Below, piece after piece: positions 36,300 through 48,864 of a stretch of 64,000 nt of DNA. Position 1 is the first letter of the stretch; each line of letters begins with the position of its first letter. The notes beneath the pieces are model-generated. The model did no database searches. It saw nothing but the letters and a program-made list of their open reading frames with translations, and was not told the DNA's origin. The stretch is from contig NC_083282.1 in assembly GCF_963506605.1 (NCBI RefSeq), positions 93,434,001 to 93,498,000 of the forward strand. The letters are read 5' to 3'. The stretch is from Zootoca vivipara (Eukaryota). The position numbers and the translations under genes were made by a program.

Positions 36300-36531
36300 T
36301 TATTATTATTTTTATTATTCATACCCCGCCCATCTGGCTGGGTTTTCCCCGCCACTCTGGTCGGCTTCCAACAAATACCAAAGTACATTAAAATATCACA
36401 GATTAAAAACTTCCCTAAACAGGGCTGCCTTTATGTGTTTTCTAAATGTCAGGTAGTTGTTTATCTCCTTGACCTCGATGGGAGGGCGTTCCACAGGGCG
36501 GGCGCCACTACCGAGAAGGCCCTCTGCCTGG
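36300..36531 (-). mobile_element. L2-type LINE 3' fragment
   Basis: Closely similar to 500-720. Confidence 0.8.
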
Positions 36532-36889
36532 TTTGCTTTTGGCAACACAGTTCTTTTGCTCAGAATATATGGTGCGGTTGCATGAGATATAAAGGTAGCT
36601 GAACACTACTTCGGAAATCATTCAGGTGACTTCTTTCCACATGGCAAACCTGAGGTAAGACATTGTGGTGGTTCTTGAACCAAGGACTGTGAGACAGAAT
36701 GGCATTCAACAGACTCCTTCTGAAAGATACTCTGAGAACCTTAAGGCGCTATAGAAAGGTGCAGCTTGATTAAACAAGTTCAGGTGGAGGGATAGAGTGA
36801 GTAGATAGACAACTTGTGGCAAACCCCACGTCTTGCTTGTGTGTGTTCACTTTCAGTAACTGGGCTCTGCTTGTTTCCCCCCCTTTCAG

Positions 36890-37078
36890 ATAAAAGTGGT
36901 GTACCTGCAGCCTGAAGTGCCCCAGGTAGATTTGTACATTCTCAGCAAGTCTGACCATTTCATTGGAAACTGTGTTTCTTCCTTTACTGCTTTTGTGAAA
37001 CGAGAACGAGATGTGCATGGGAGACCCTCGTCCTTTTTTGGCATGGACCACCCACCCACGTCGAGGGACGAATTGTAG
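36890..37078 (+). CDS. POFUT1: POFUT1 exon 7, ending RDEL* (ER retention signal)
   Basis: AG acceptor; [17 protein letters not shown] motif; TAG at 37076-37078; spliced CDS is 1182 nt (393 aa). Confidence 0.96.
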   Translation: MKVVYLQPEVPQVDLYILSKSDHFIGNCVSSFTAFVKRERDVHGRPSSFFGMDHPPTSRDEL

Positions 37079-38009
37079 TCCCTAGAGGAAGAGATGCCTT
37101 TGGACCCACTATTTGCATACAGTTCTCATAAATGCAAGGTCGTCCTCGAAGCAAGCACTGGATATATCTGGATTCTACAGGTTCACCCTCATGGTATTCC
37201 TTGACTATTACTAGAATGTGACCTGAAAGGAGAAGTGGATGACTTCCAGGAAACATTCCCTCCTCCCCCAGTTGTGGTTCAAATAAGCCAACCCACTCCA
37301 CTCATCTCTTCTCCTTTCTGTGCTGCCTTGCTACCTCTTCTGGAATTAATAACTCGTCTGGTGCTTCCTTAATGCACAGTATTCTCAAGACAGCTTGTTC
37401 ACTGACAAGTAGTGTTCTGACATTAAGAACTGGGAACCAGCAAATACGTTCTCTGTTGTGCAACTGACTGACATTTGCCTTGTGTGCTTTTGTTTTCTGA
37501 GCTGCCAAATGGATTTAATTCCCATTCCTCTTGCTGGGAGTGGAGAGACTAAGGAAATGATTTTGCTATCAGCTGTGACACGTTATGGGACTTTCAGAGG
37601 AGTTTTAATCCTAATAACACTGGTGCCCTGTGGACCAGCAGTTCTGTTTGCGGCAGTTCCCAGGTAGCATAGCGATACTTTTTTTTAAAAAAAAAAATCC
37701 TATTACATGAGAGCCTTTTAGAGCAGTTTTGTATTTTACCAAATTGGCAGTCTAAGCACTGTATACAGTATAAAATAGAAGTTAAGAAATAATCTGCTTT
37801 TTGAAACACCATAATAATTCGTAAATCAAATATTATGCACCTTTTATTGGGCCCATTTGCAACTTCGCTGAGAGCTCAGTGTATCAGTTGCATTTGAATG
37901 GCTTGTGGTGGGTCAGCAATCACGTCTTTCTGAGCTCTCTGTTCTGAAAACCCAGCCTGGCTGTCATCTTGAAACGATTTTGTTGCATTGAGCAGGGGGT
38001 TGGTGTGGT

Positions 38010-38319
38010 GAGCCAGTGTGGTGTAGTGGTTAAGAGTGGTAGACTCGTAATCCGGGGAGCCGGGTTCGCGTCTCCGCTCCTCCACATGCAGCTGCTGGGT
38101 GACCTTGGGCTAGTCACACTTCTCTGAAGTCGCTCAGCCCCACCTACCTCATAGGGTGTCTGTTGTGGGGGAGGAAGGGAAAGGAGAATGTTAGCCGCTC
38201 TGAGACTCCTTCGGGTAGTGATAAAGCGGGATATCAAATCCAAACTCTTCTTCTTCTTCTTCTTCTTCTTCTTCTTCTTCTTCTTCTTCTTCTTCTTCTT
38301 CTTCTTCTTCTTCTTCTTC
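38010..38319 (+). mobile_element. tRNA-derived SINE (Squam3-like) with (TTC)24 tail
   Basis: tRNA-like head tggtgtagtggttaag...gggttcg; perfect TTC array at 38248-38319. Confidence 0.85.
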
Positions 38320-40303
38320 CAACTCTTGATTATAGGAGCAATCAGAATAGATAGTCTTTTTAGTGTACACTCATTCTTTGAGCATCCTTTTTATGTTTAG
38401 AAGCTGTGACCTTTTAAAAGTCTCTGAAAGGAATAACCACTTGGTCCACTTTGAATTTCAGATATTTACTTTGAGTCTCTTGAAAAGTGGAGCCAACAGA
38501 TAGTGGATTTTGATTTTGTTTGTTTGTTTTAAAGTGTTTATGCACTTTTCTCTGCATAATTGCTCTGAAATCATGATTCAGCTTTCTCGATGTACATCTG
38601 AACTATGCTCACTAATTTCCCTATAGAGTTTTCCCACAGAAAAATTCTCAGGCAGGAGATCTGCAAACTGTCAGGTTACCTAGATCTTGTTATGTTTCCT
38701 CATCACATCAGTAGTAACTTTCTGTGGTGATAGTACAGCATCTTACCCTCTGATAATTATCTGCTCCTGTGCATTCAGAACATGTTGACAAATTGTCCTG
38801 GCTACTGACTGCATGCCCTATGTCAAAGCCTCTGCACTCTATATTAAGACTGAATATGTTGTGCTGGAGGAGAGAATTTTCAGGAGCTTTCTGCTTGCTT
38901 TATTGGGCTTCAGTTGCAATAGCAGGATTGAATTGCAAATGAACTTTTGCTAGGTTTGGTTGCTTGCATAGCAGCACTGCCTCCAGTTTCTTTTCTGTCT
39001 TCCTCTGCCATCTTCTGAAAAGACTCTGATTCATAAATGCTAACAGTTTCAGCTGACCAGCAAACACTTTTATAAGCAGCAAGTTCATTAATTTAATCAC
39101 TACCTTGCATCATGGTAGTGATCTCTTCCAACTCTACGATTCTATGATACTTATTTTATTGATAGTGAATTATCACCGGTAAGCTACAAATCAGAAACCA
39201 GCATTGTATTTGCTGGAAACATCTTTGCTCATCTTTATGAAGTACTGAAGACGTTTGTTTAAAAGTTCAGTCTTAAAAGGTGTCGAGAATCACAAGGCTT
39301 GGAAGAAATGCAGTTCCCGTGTACTAGTTTGGTAGATTCTGCAGTGAAACCACCTGTTCCGAAGCTACCTGTAATATGGATGATCATGATTGTGATGATT
39401 GAATGAAAAAAAGACTCTCAGTAAAATATCCAGGAATGTTTATGAAGAACTAAAAAAGCAAGAAAGGCTGAGGCTGTGGCAGCACATGGAGATGATCTCT
39501 GACTTCATCCGTTAGGTGGGATCCTCCCTTCTGCTTGCTTGAGCTTCTGAAAGAATACAGTATTTTGATTCCAAAGATCAGTAAGTGCCACAATATTTCC
39601 ATCTGGAGCAGCAAGAACAAACAGTTACTGTTCTTCAATTTGTCAATAAGCATAAGAATATAGCCATTTCCTTGATGGATCAGGCAAAGGTCCATCTTAA
39701 CAAAACCTTTTGTTCCCAACAGCAGCCATCCAGAAGACAATGGCAGTTCCTCACCAGCTTGCCTCCATCTTGTATATCAAGTTATATTGCCATATGGAGG
39801 TTCTGATGAGTTGTTATGGCTAATGGCCGTTTGTAGGTTTCACCTCCAAGAATCTGAAAAAAAAAAATCTGTTTTACTGCCTGATAAACCCATGGATAAG
39901 CTCCACATATTATCAAAGGAAGTTCCATGGATTCAGTTATGTCCTGTGACAAAACTTACTTTTTTGTCTGCCTGGCAGTAGGTGGTTAGGTCTGTTTTGT
40001 TAGACGAACCTGGGTTCCCAGTATTATGAGAGGTAAGGGGAATCTCCCTTTTTGCTCTCCACGCTATTCATAGTTTTGTAAACTCTATCATGTATGCAAA
40101 GTTACTCTGTAGTTAATATATTTATATATAAAGCCCATTGTTTCTTAGCCAGCACTGAAGCATCAACATTCATATCTGGAGGCTTCCTAATGGGCATGAG
40201 AATTCTCTGTGCTATACCTTCAATATATCTTGCCTCTTTGTGGGAGGAAATGCCAACCTCTGCTTTTAAATGCAGCTAATGAATTTTTTTTAAGGTGGCA
40301 ATC

Positions 40304-40439
40304 CAGGCTTCCTCAACCTCGGCCCTCCCAATGTTTTGAGACTACAGTTCCCATCATCCCTGACCACTGGTCCTGCTAGCTAGGGATCATGGGAGTTGTA
40401 GGCCAAAAACATCTGGAGGGCTGAGGTTGAGGAAGCCTG
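40304..40439. mobile_element. Palindromic hAT MITE
   Basis: caggcttcctcaacctc and gaggttgaggaagcctg TIRs. Confidence 0.8.
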
Positions 40440-40594
40440 CTGTACACCATTATCTGGAAGTAAGTTCCAGTGAACTCAGTCTGGATACTCCTAGGGCTGT
40501 GCTGTTAATGATGTTGACCATGGGCTGCAGCTACACCTTGCCATGAGGAGGAGGCAATTTATCCGTGGGGTGCAGTCTCACCAGCATTTCTGTA

Positions 40595-40809
40595 CATTGG
40601 TACCTTGGGTTACAAACACTTCGGGTTACAGACTCCGCTAATCCGGAAGTAGTACCTTGGGTTAAGAACTTTACCTCAGGATGAGAACAGAAATCGTGCG
40701 GCAGGAGCGGGAGGCCCCATGAGCTAAAGTGGTACCTTAGGTTAAGAACGGTTTCAGATTAAGAACGGATCTCCGGAACAAATTAAGTTCGAAACCAGAG
40801 GTGCCACTG
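40595..40809. mobile_element. Tc1/mariner (Tigger-like) MITE
   Basis: TA TSD; cattggtacct and aggtgccactg ends. Confidence 0.7.
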
Positions 40810-40945
40810 TAAACTCCATTTATGTGGCTGGCTCAGAATGGAGGACATCTGGGGTATTTGTGTGCTATGCACAATATCGGAAGCCATGTTTTAATTTTTT
40901 TTAAAATTAATGTACAGAGGATAACTTTGTGATTTTCTTTTTCGT

Positions 40946-40951
40946 AATAAA
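40946..40951 (+). terminator. POFUT1: Candidate POFUT1 distal polyadenylation signal
   Basis: AATAAA with upstream TGTA and U-rich sequence and a downstream GT/T-rich tract. Confidence 0.45.
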
Positions 40952-43900
40952 ACATCAATCTTTCTCTCGAGTGTTTTTATGACTTGAAACATTCCTCCTA
41001 GCTTTGGCTATGGTTAACATCCACCTGGTGAAACCACATGCTGATGTTTTCTCCTTTTAGAAAAAAGGAAGTTGTTGGCCCAGATGGCTGCCTTTCACCC
41101 TTCAATTTAGGGATCTCCACGTCTTGCTGCCGTGGAGCTGATTAGGCTTATGCCATTGGCAGAAGGACCCAGCTTAGAAGTGAGGTCATGGGCTCTCTCT
41201 TTCCACACAAGCTGTGCGCACACTTCCAAGCATCTGTTTTTAAAAGCAACAGATTCTTGTGCAGAGTGGATTAACCAAGTGCTTCTTTGCACAGTTGAAG
41301 ATTTTATCTGATTGCCCAAGAACTGCTTTTCTTCCATTGCATTTAGTAGTGGTAATAATAATCACCTTGAACAATTTGATTTTTCCAGACAGATGATCAA
41401 ATTCTAAATGCACTAGAGATGGAATGAAGTTCCATTGATTTCTGTTACTTGCAAGTCAGCAGTTTAGGGCAGCAGCTTGGGCAGGCAGTGTTGACTTAAG
41501 ATTGGCACATTGGGCAAGTCCCCTGTTAAATAGTGCCAGCTGACCACCCACTATTTGAGTGTAGTTCTTAGAATGTCATTATGTAAAGGGCAGCACACCA
41601 CCTTACTTCATTCAAGTGTAAATTTGTTAGCTGGGGCACAAAGGCAGCTCGACCCCTCCGCCAGGAAGTGGTGAGTGTAAACCTTGCAGAGAACCAAAGC
41701 TTCCCTCCTTGAACGCCTCTTATATGTAGGCATTTCTGTACAGGAACGCGAGCAGCCATCAGTGGTCTGGCCTAGAGAGGAGCCGCTTCCGTTTTGAGAA
41801 TGTGTGTGCCTCTTAGGGGTGGTGTGCCTCTGAAGACCGAGGGAGTCTGGTGGGTTCCTGGCGGCTCTTGGGGAGTTTCCAGCTAACATAGCTGGTACTT
41901 CTGCAGAATGTGGTGACGACTTGGGTGGTTGGCTTGACTGCGTCCTCTCCTGTGGTACAGGACCAAGTTAGCTCTTTAGTTCACTAAAGGCAGGTGGAGA
42001 AATGGTTAGGATTCACAGGTGGGTAACCTTTGAAGAGCTAAAAGCTCGTTATCAAGCCTATTTTTGACAATGAAGAAACCCTGCGGGGATTTAGAGTCTT
42101 CACAATCCTTTCACCTGTATCAAGCGAGGCACTGGTAATGTGTTGGATGAGGGCCAACAAAGAAGCTCAAAAACAGGCTCAACTGTTTGAGGAGAATGAT
42201 GTTCAGTCAGTTTGGGGTGTGGTCCACTCCCCCTGAAGGTTCAGGCTCCTCCTTTAAGGATGCTGCTAGTTCTAGCTTTGTCCATTGGTTCCTAGTCCTA
42301 AGAACATCATAAGAGCCTGCTGGGTGAGGCCAGTACGGTAGCCCCATCTAGTCACGTATCCTGTTCTCATGGTGGCCAACCAGATGCCTGTGGGAAACCA
42401 GCAAGCAGGATCCAACCAGAAGAGCCCTCTGCCCACCTGTGATTCCCAGCAGCTGGCATTTGGAGGCATACTGCACAGAGGCGAAGTTCAAATAGCGTCT
42501 TTCCAAGCCCCATGCAAGGTGTAAAGTTCCGTGCAGCTCCTGTCTTGAGTTGAGGCCAGTGGTGTCTGGGGAGAGGTGAGCAGCCCTCTTTTAAATGTCG
42601 CTCTTTGTTTATACTGCATGGTGTCCTGCCCCTTTTTTAACCATGCTGGAAACTGAAGTTGAAAGGAAGTATATGAATTAACAACGTTGTGATAGCTTAA
42701 CCAAAAAGCATCTCTGCTTCTCTTTCTTTGTCAGTTGTCTCCCCTTCCCTAATGGGGCTTCACACACTCTTTAATGAATTGGGGACAGAGAAATTGTGCA
42801 CAGCAAGATAGCAAAGTAATGGAGAAATTGCACCCAGCAAGCATAAGGCTGTGGGCAACAGGCCAAGTTCTGGAACACTGAAGGCTTTATAGCCTCAGAT
42901 GCAATTCCCCTGTTCTCTTCCAGAAAGTCCCATAAAACACATTAATCACAATTATTTTTTTTTTATCAATACACTCCTCCAGTGGGCACTTGCGCTTCCA
43001 TTCACTTGATGTTTTCTCTGCCAGAACTCCCATAAATTATGTTCCTTCCCCCACTTCCATTCTACCAGAATTGCTTCATTGGGCGCCAGTGCCAAATTTG
43101 AATTCCTAGAAGTCTTTTTGCCCTTAGGACTGAGATCAGATGGCATTTCTAGCTGTAAAACAAATAACAAAGATCATCTGCTGTGCAGAGAAGATGAATT
43201 AGGATCGTAAAGCTTTTTAAAATAGTTTTAAGAACAAAAATTATATACCGGTAGTAGATTTATTTAGGAAGGGGCTTTGATGAGCCTAAACAAAAATTAC
43301 TTGCATTGGACTTTAATACGGATTGAATTCTGATGGACACAACACATGTAATTTTTCTGTGTGTAGTGTGTGCTGAGGCGCAGAGGGACCACATTTTTGC
43401 CAGCTCACTTCAGATAGTCATTCAAATCGCATAACTTCTTACACTTCTTCAATCCCATGTGAAGCAATGGTTTGGAGGTAGCACCAACCATAGTTTTCTG
43501 ATGTGGAACAGCACGGGAAGCAGACAATCACAATGCAAAAATGGAGTAGAGCATCTAGTAACGAAAAGGGGAGGAGAAAGCAACACCTTCCTGATCCTCC
43601 AAACCATGGCTGGATGATTGTACAAATGGAAATTACTGGTTTGGACTGGTTTGGTTAATATAATGTACAAACCATCAATAGGTTAACCTGAAGAGACTCA
43701 ACTTATATTTTCAAGAAAAGCATTTCAATGCGGGTTACCACACATCAAAACATCAAATCAAACAATCCAGAGCAAAACATTACTGACAAAAGTTAAATAT
43801 AAAATATACGTTCAAAGCAACATAATTAGCATGAAACTAAAATATTAAAGATTTCAAAACATTACAAAAGAGATGAACTACATAATGAACACTGAACGCA

Positions 43901-44425
43901 GTGAAGTTAACCAAAAAATCCGAACCATTATTTCGAAAAAAAACATTACTAAAGGAATTCAGATACAAAATTATCATTTAAAACAGCATAATTAGCGAGA
44001 GGAGCAGGGCTGCTCTTTTAGGGATTGAGGAAGCCCCTTGATGCCACCCCCCCCCCAATCCTTGTCTGCCACAGGGAGAAGCCCCATTGCTGTGGGGTTT
44101 GGGGGAGCGACTTCACCTGTCCCAAGCTGCAGAAGCTGACCCAAAGCCCAGGCTTGCCTCTGCAGTCGGAGCAATTTCCTGCCAAGGTGCCACCTCACTG
44201 CAACTTACCCAAATTGCATCCCATCAGCCATTTTCTTGCCCAATTACCTGTTTTCGCGAGATGACTTGGCAGCTCTCCCATCCTTCCTCCTGGCTAGACC
44301 GCTCTTAATAAATTTGCATTGCCTACAGGTTTTTTTTATCACTTCACCACTTGCTCTTCCTTTATGCCCACATCTTCTCACAGCTCCCTTCCTACTCCAG
44401 TCTTAGCACCAGCCAGGGACTAGAG

Positions 44426-44561
44426 CAGGCTTCCTCAACCTCGACCCTCCAGATGTTTTGAGACTAGAATTCCCATCATCCCTGACTGCTGGTCCTGCTA
44501 GCTAGAAATCATGGGAATTGTAGACCAAAAACATCTGGAGCGCCGAGGTTGAGGAAGCCTG
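44426..44561. mobile_element. Palindromic hAT MITE with perfect TSD
   Basis: 8-bp TSD gactagag at 44418-44425 and 44562-44569; perfect TIRs caggcttcctcaacctcg. Confidence 0.9.
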
Positions 44562-45369
44562 GACTAGAGCAAGCAGAGCATCAATAAACACTGTTAAGGA
44601 AGCAGCAACTAAAAGATGTGCTAGACATCCCAATTACAGGGAGAGAGGGGCTATTGGTTTTTTAGTTTTATTATGTATTTTTAATATTGCACTTTTATGT
44701 TGCAAACCGTCCTGAGATCTTTGGATGTAAGAATTCCTATTAATGTCACATACTGTATACATAATTTGATTTATATATAAATTCGTATATCAATAAGTAA
44801 AAGAAATACAGCAAAAGTCATGTGATTAGCAGCGTTAACAAAACCTAAAAAAAGAAGAGCAAGCTGAGCTCATAAACTCTGGATCTCACACTGCTCCGGT
44901 GCATTAAAACACACCTAAGCCATACAGCTGAAAACGCTGGCAGCATTAAGATAAATTCAATAGGGTAAATAAGTTTTGATGGATGTAATAATGGAATACT
45001 TGTATAGTTTTTGTAAAATATGCAGGGATTTAGGATATGCAAAAAACTACAGAAAGAGGAGAAGAGAAGTCATTGATATCTTCAGGATGTAAGAACGAAT
45101 ATTTTAAACTGTAAAGCAGAACATTTAATAAAAATTATATACAAAAACACGCGCGCACACAAACAACCCCCTAGGCCGCGCCTCGCGCACGTGGCCTGGG
45201 CCCCTCGACGGCCTGGCGGGGAGGAGGGGGAGAGGGGCGTGTCCCGTTGCCAGGGGCGTGTCCCGTTGCCAGGGCCGAGGGCGCGGAGGAGGCGGGGCCC
45301 GTTGCTAGGGCCGGGGCGTCGCCAAGGAAGTGATGGCTTCGGGGCGGGCGGCCGCGTTGCCAAGGAAGT

Positions 45370-45491
45370 GAGCGGCGGCCGCGGCGGGGCCGGACTCCCC
45401 CTGTCGTATCCGGTGCTGCTGCCGCCGCCGCCGCCGCCGCCCCTGCCGCAGCGGCGGGAGGAGGAGGGGGGTCTCCATGGTGACGGCGCAG
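45370..45491 (+). other. KIF3B: KIF3B non-coding exon 1 (5' end approximate); contains (GCC)7
   Basis: Consensus donor CAG|gtaagt at 45492 in the CpG island; next KIF3B acceptor at 55019. Confidence 0.7.
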
Positions 45492-45682
45492 GTAAGTGAG
45501 GGGCCTCGCCCTCGGCTTCTCTCCCCCACCGCCGCCGCGGCGACACGGCCGCGCTGCCCGCCCGCCCCCCCCACCGTGCGCGCGCCTCCCACGGCGGGAG
45601 GAGGAGGAACCGCATCTGTGGGGCGGGGGCCTCGGGTGGCCCCACGCCTTTCCCTCTCTCCCCCTTTCCTCACGCTCAGCGA

Positions 45683-45945
45683 CACACGCGTGTCTGGGTG
45701 GGGGAAACGTGGGAATGCGTGCACGCGCACCCGGATGCTCCCTCCCGCCTCCTTCTGCCCTCTCAAGGCACACGCGTGTCTGGGTGTGGAAACGTGGGAA
45801 TGCGTGCACGCGCACCCGGATGCTCCCTCCCTCTCCTCTCTACCCCCCTCCCAGCCTCCTTCTGCACTCTCAAGGCACACGCGTGTCTGGGCGTGGGTGT
45901 GGGTGGTGGCTGCGTGCACGCACCCGGATGCTCCCCTCCCCTCCC
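45683..45945. repeat. CpG-rich tandem repeat, three units of about 86-107 bp, in KIF3B intron 1
   Basis: cacacgcgtgtctggg starts at 45683, 45769 and 45876, each followed by tgcgtgcacg...cacccggatgctccc. Confidence 0.85.
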
Positions 45946-46895
45946 CTTCTCTCTGGAGGATGGGGGTCGGCACCTCCTCCTGCTGCTGCTGCTGCCTGCC
46001 CCATACACACAAGGCCATGCCCTGCTGCGACCCCTCCAGGTGAATTGACCCCACATGAGGAGGCAGGGAGGGCCACCAGCTGGGATGGAGACAATCCATG
46101 GAGGAGGAGGGGGGGGCTATGGGGTGCTCCTAGCCAGGAGGGCCGTGTTCTTGCCCTCCACAGTCGGAGGCAGCGATGCTTCTGAATCCCACTCTCTGGA
46201 AAACCACAGCAGGAAGGGAGAGGAATCTTAGGTTCAAGTCCTGCTTGTGGGTTTTCTGTCGGGGCATCTGGCGGGCCATTGTGAGGAGACGATGCCGGAT
46301 GACACATGGGCCTGATCCAGCAGCCAGCTCTTCTTACGTTCTTACGCATGTTATTAAATGCCTGTCCGCCCGTCCCCTGCAGTTCTTTGAATGTGGATGT
46401 CCTCAAACACAAGAGGCAGCCACCAGCTGGGATGGCTTTTGCAAGAGGATTAGACAAGGTACAGTGGTCCGTGGTCGCTAGCCATGCTGTGGTCTGCCTC
46501 CGCTGCCGGAGGCATTATGCCTCTCAGCACCATAGCATTGTAGAACTGTAGAGTTGGAAGGGACACCACGGGTCATCTAGTCCAGCCCCCCGCAATGCAG
46601 GAATGTCAACTAGATCATACGTGACAGGTGGCCATGCAACCTGTGCCGAAGCCCCCTTGTGCTTCCCATAGCCATGGGGTTGCCCACTGTGAGAGCAAGA
46701 TGCCGGACCAGATGGGTCCCCTTTGACGTGCTCCTCAGGGCTCCTCTTATGGACCAGAACACACCCCTGGTTGTGGCTGAGCTCCCTTTGGGGTGGGTGG
46801 GTGGGAACACCTGCCCTCTTGCCATGCTTTAAGTGTCTCATCAAGACTGCTCATCAAAACATTGGGGCATATCTTTGGCATGCCAAGGTTGAATT

Positions 46896-47512
46896 GTTGT
46901 TGTTGTTTAGTCGTTTAGTCGTGTTCAACTCTTCGTGACCCCATGGACCATAGCACGCCAGGCACTCCTGTCTTCCACTGCCTCCCGCAGTTTGGTCAGA
47001 CTCATGTTTGTAGCTTCGAGAACACTGTCCAACCATCTCATCCTCTGTCGTCCCCTTCTCCTAGTGCCCTCCATCTTTCCCAACATCAGGGTCTTTTCCA
47101 AGGATTCTTCTCTTCTCATGAGGTGGCCAAAGTATTGGAGCCTCAGCTTCAGGATCTGTCCTTCCAGTGAGCACTCAGGGCTGATTTCCATGGGACTCTC
47201 AAGAGTCTCCTCCAGCACCATAATTGAAAAGCATCAATTCTTCGGCGATCAGCCTTCTTTATGGTCCAGCTCTCACTTCCATACATCACTACTGGGAAAA
47301 CCATAGCTTTAACTATACGGACCTTTGTAGGCAAGGTGATGTCTCTGCTTTTTAAGATGCTGTCTAGGTTTGTCATTGCTTTTCTCCCAAGAAGCAGGCG
47401 TCTTTTAATTTCGTGACTGCTGTCACCACCTGCAGTGATCAAGGAGCCCAAGAAATTAAAATCTCTCACTGCCTCCATTTCTTCCCCTTCTATTTGCCAG
47501 GAGGTGATGGGA
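46896..47512 (-). mobile_element. RTE-BovB LINE, 5'-truncated
   Basis: ORFs carry the BovB C-terminus (LQYFGHLMRREESLEKTLMLGKMEG...RWLD); (CAA)n tail; 13-bp TSD ccaaggttgaatt at 46883-46895 and 47513-47525. Confidence 0.92.
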
Positions 47513-47969
47513 CCAAGGTTGAATTACTTAGCATTCATATGTGGATTTATTTATTTTATTTTTTGAAGTCTACAAATTAAATGATAGGAAAGACCCATTG
47601 CTGCCTGAGACCCTGGAGAGTTTCTGCCAGTATTAGAAACTCAGATATATAAGCTAATAACGGTCGGGGCACCTTTACCTTTACTTTTACCTTGAACCTA
47701 CAGAATGTCTAGGTGCCTCCCCCCCCCCCATGAGATTGTTTAATTCTCATTACTATTTTTCATTTCATTTCTATACCGCTTTATTTTTTAAAGAAAAAAA
47801 TTCAAAGCAGTTTACAAAACATTAAAACATAAAATTAAACGATCCAGAATAAAACAAAATCAAGCTCCAAGGAAAATATTTCAGATCCTTCTCTAAGTGA
47901 CATTTTGTTCCCCCATATTTATTTACCCTGCTTAATTTATATAGTGGCCCCACAGCAGAAGGACTCTAG

Positions 47970-48184
47970 GAAGCCAGTGTTGTAAAGTGGTTCAAGTGTT
48001 GGACTAGGACCTGGGAGATCAGGATTCAAATCCCCACTCAGTCCTGAAGCTCACTGCGTAATCTTGGAGTCAGTCACAGCCTCTTAACCTACCTTACAGG
48101 GTTGTTGCAGGGATTAACTGAGAGCGGGGTGAACCATGTACTTCACTCCTTGGAGAAAAAGGTGGGATATAAATGCAATAAATG
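47970..48184 (+). mobile_element. Older tRNA-derived SINE
   Basis: tRNA-like head with B box ggattcaaatcc, core similar to the other SINEs, A-rich tail. Confidence 0.65.
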
Positions 48185-48663
48185 AGTTATTCTGCTTACC
48201 TGCTTAAGAAACCTGGAGAGGCCAGCCAGATGGAGATGTCGGTCGCCAACCTGGCATCCAGGGATCTCCATGTGGTTGCAATTGGACCCGTGGCAATAGC
48301 AAAATGTGCCCGGCCCCTGGCTGATTTCTAACACTGCTTCCTAGACTCTGCTTTCTGGGTACCAGCTGTGCTGTCTCCATCCTGTGATTGTTGAATCTCC
48401 TTGTCTTGTAGGCGTGCACACATAACCATGCACATAGGATCAGGCTTCATATAGACAATGAAGACCAGGCACCACCAAAGTAGCCGGACTAGAGGGAGCC
48501 ATACTATTGCCAGCTGAGAAGATCAGGAGGAAAGAACTAGATAATATAGCGGTCAACTGCAAAGGGGATTTGGATATTTAATTTGGCACATTTTACTAGA
48601 GAATCTTCTGCTATTCTATTTTATGCAACATACTATTCCTGGTGCAATATGAAGGCAGCATAA

Positions 48664-48864
48664 CAGTGGTACCTCGGATTGAGTACACAATCCGTTCCAG
48701 GGTGCCATTCGCACCCCAAAAAGTACTCAACCCGAGCGTCGCTTTAGCGCACGCTCAAAGCGCCAATAGCGCACTTACGCGCGCAGCACACAAAACACTT
48801 CTGTGCATGTGCACACGACGGAACCCAGAAGTAACCCAAATGTACGCAACCCGAGGTATGACTG
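48664..48864. mobile_element. Tc1/mariner (Tigger-like) MITE
   Basis: cagtggtacctcgg and ccgaggtatgactg ends; related to 57718-57888. Confidence 0.7.

Larger units (their letters stand above)
45145..46040. promoter_or_regulatory. KIF3B: CpG island and KIF3B promoter
   Basis: GC- and CpG-rich island with GC boxes, GGAAGTG ETS sites and several RFX half-sites, upstream of a strong splice donor. Confidence 0.8.

Noticed and set aside
38010-38085. tRNA-like sequence
   Set aside because: It is a SINE head continuing into a SINE body and tail, not a tRNA gene.
38163-38400. Poly-Leu and poly-Phe ORFs
   Set aside because: Translations of the (TTC)n SINE tail.
43680-43995. Strongly A-skewed AT-rich block
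   Set aside because: No ORF, termini or homology I can identify; possibly an old repeat fragment.
45082-46457. Many overlapping 100-260 aa ORFs on both strands
   Set aside because: Stop-codon depletion in a GC-rich island and tandem repeat; low-complexity translations with no recognisable domain.
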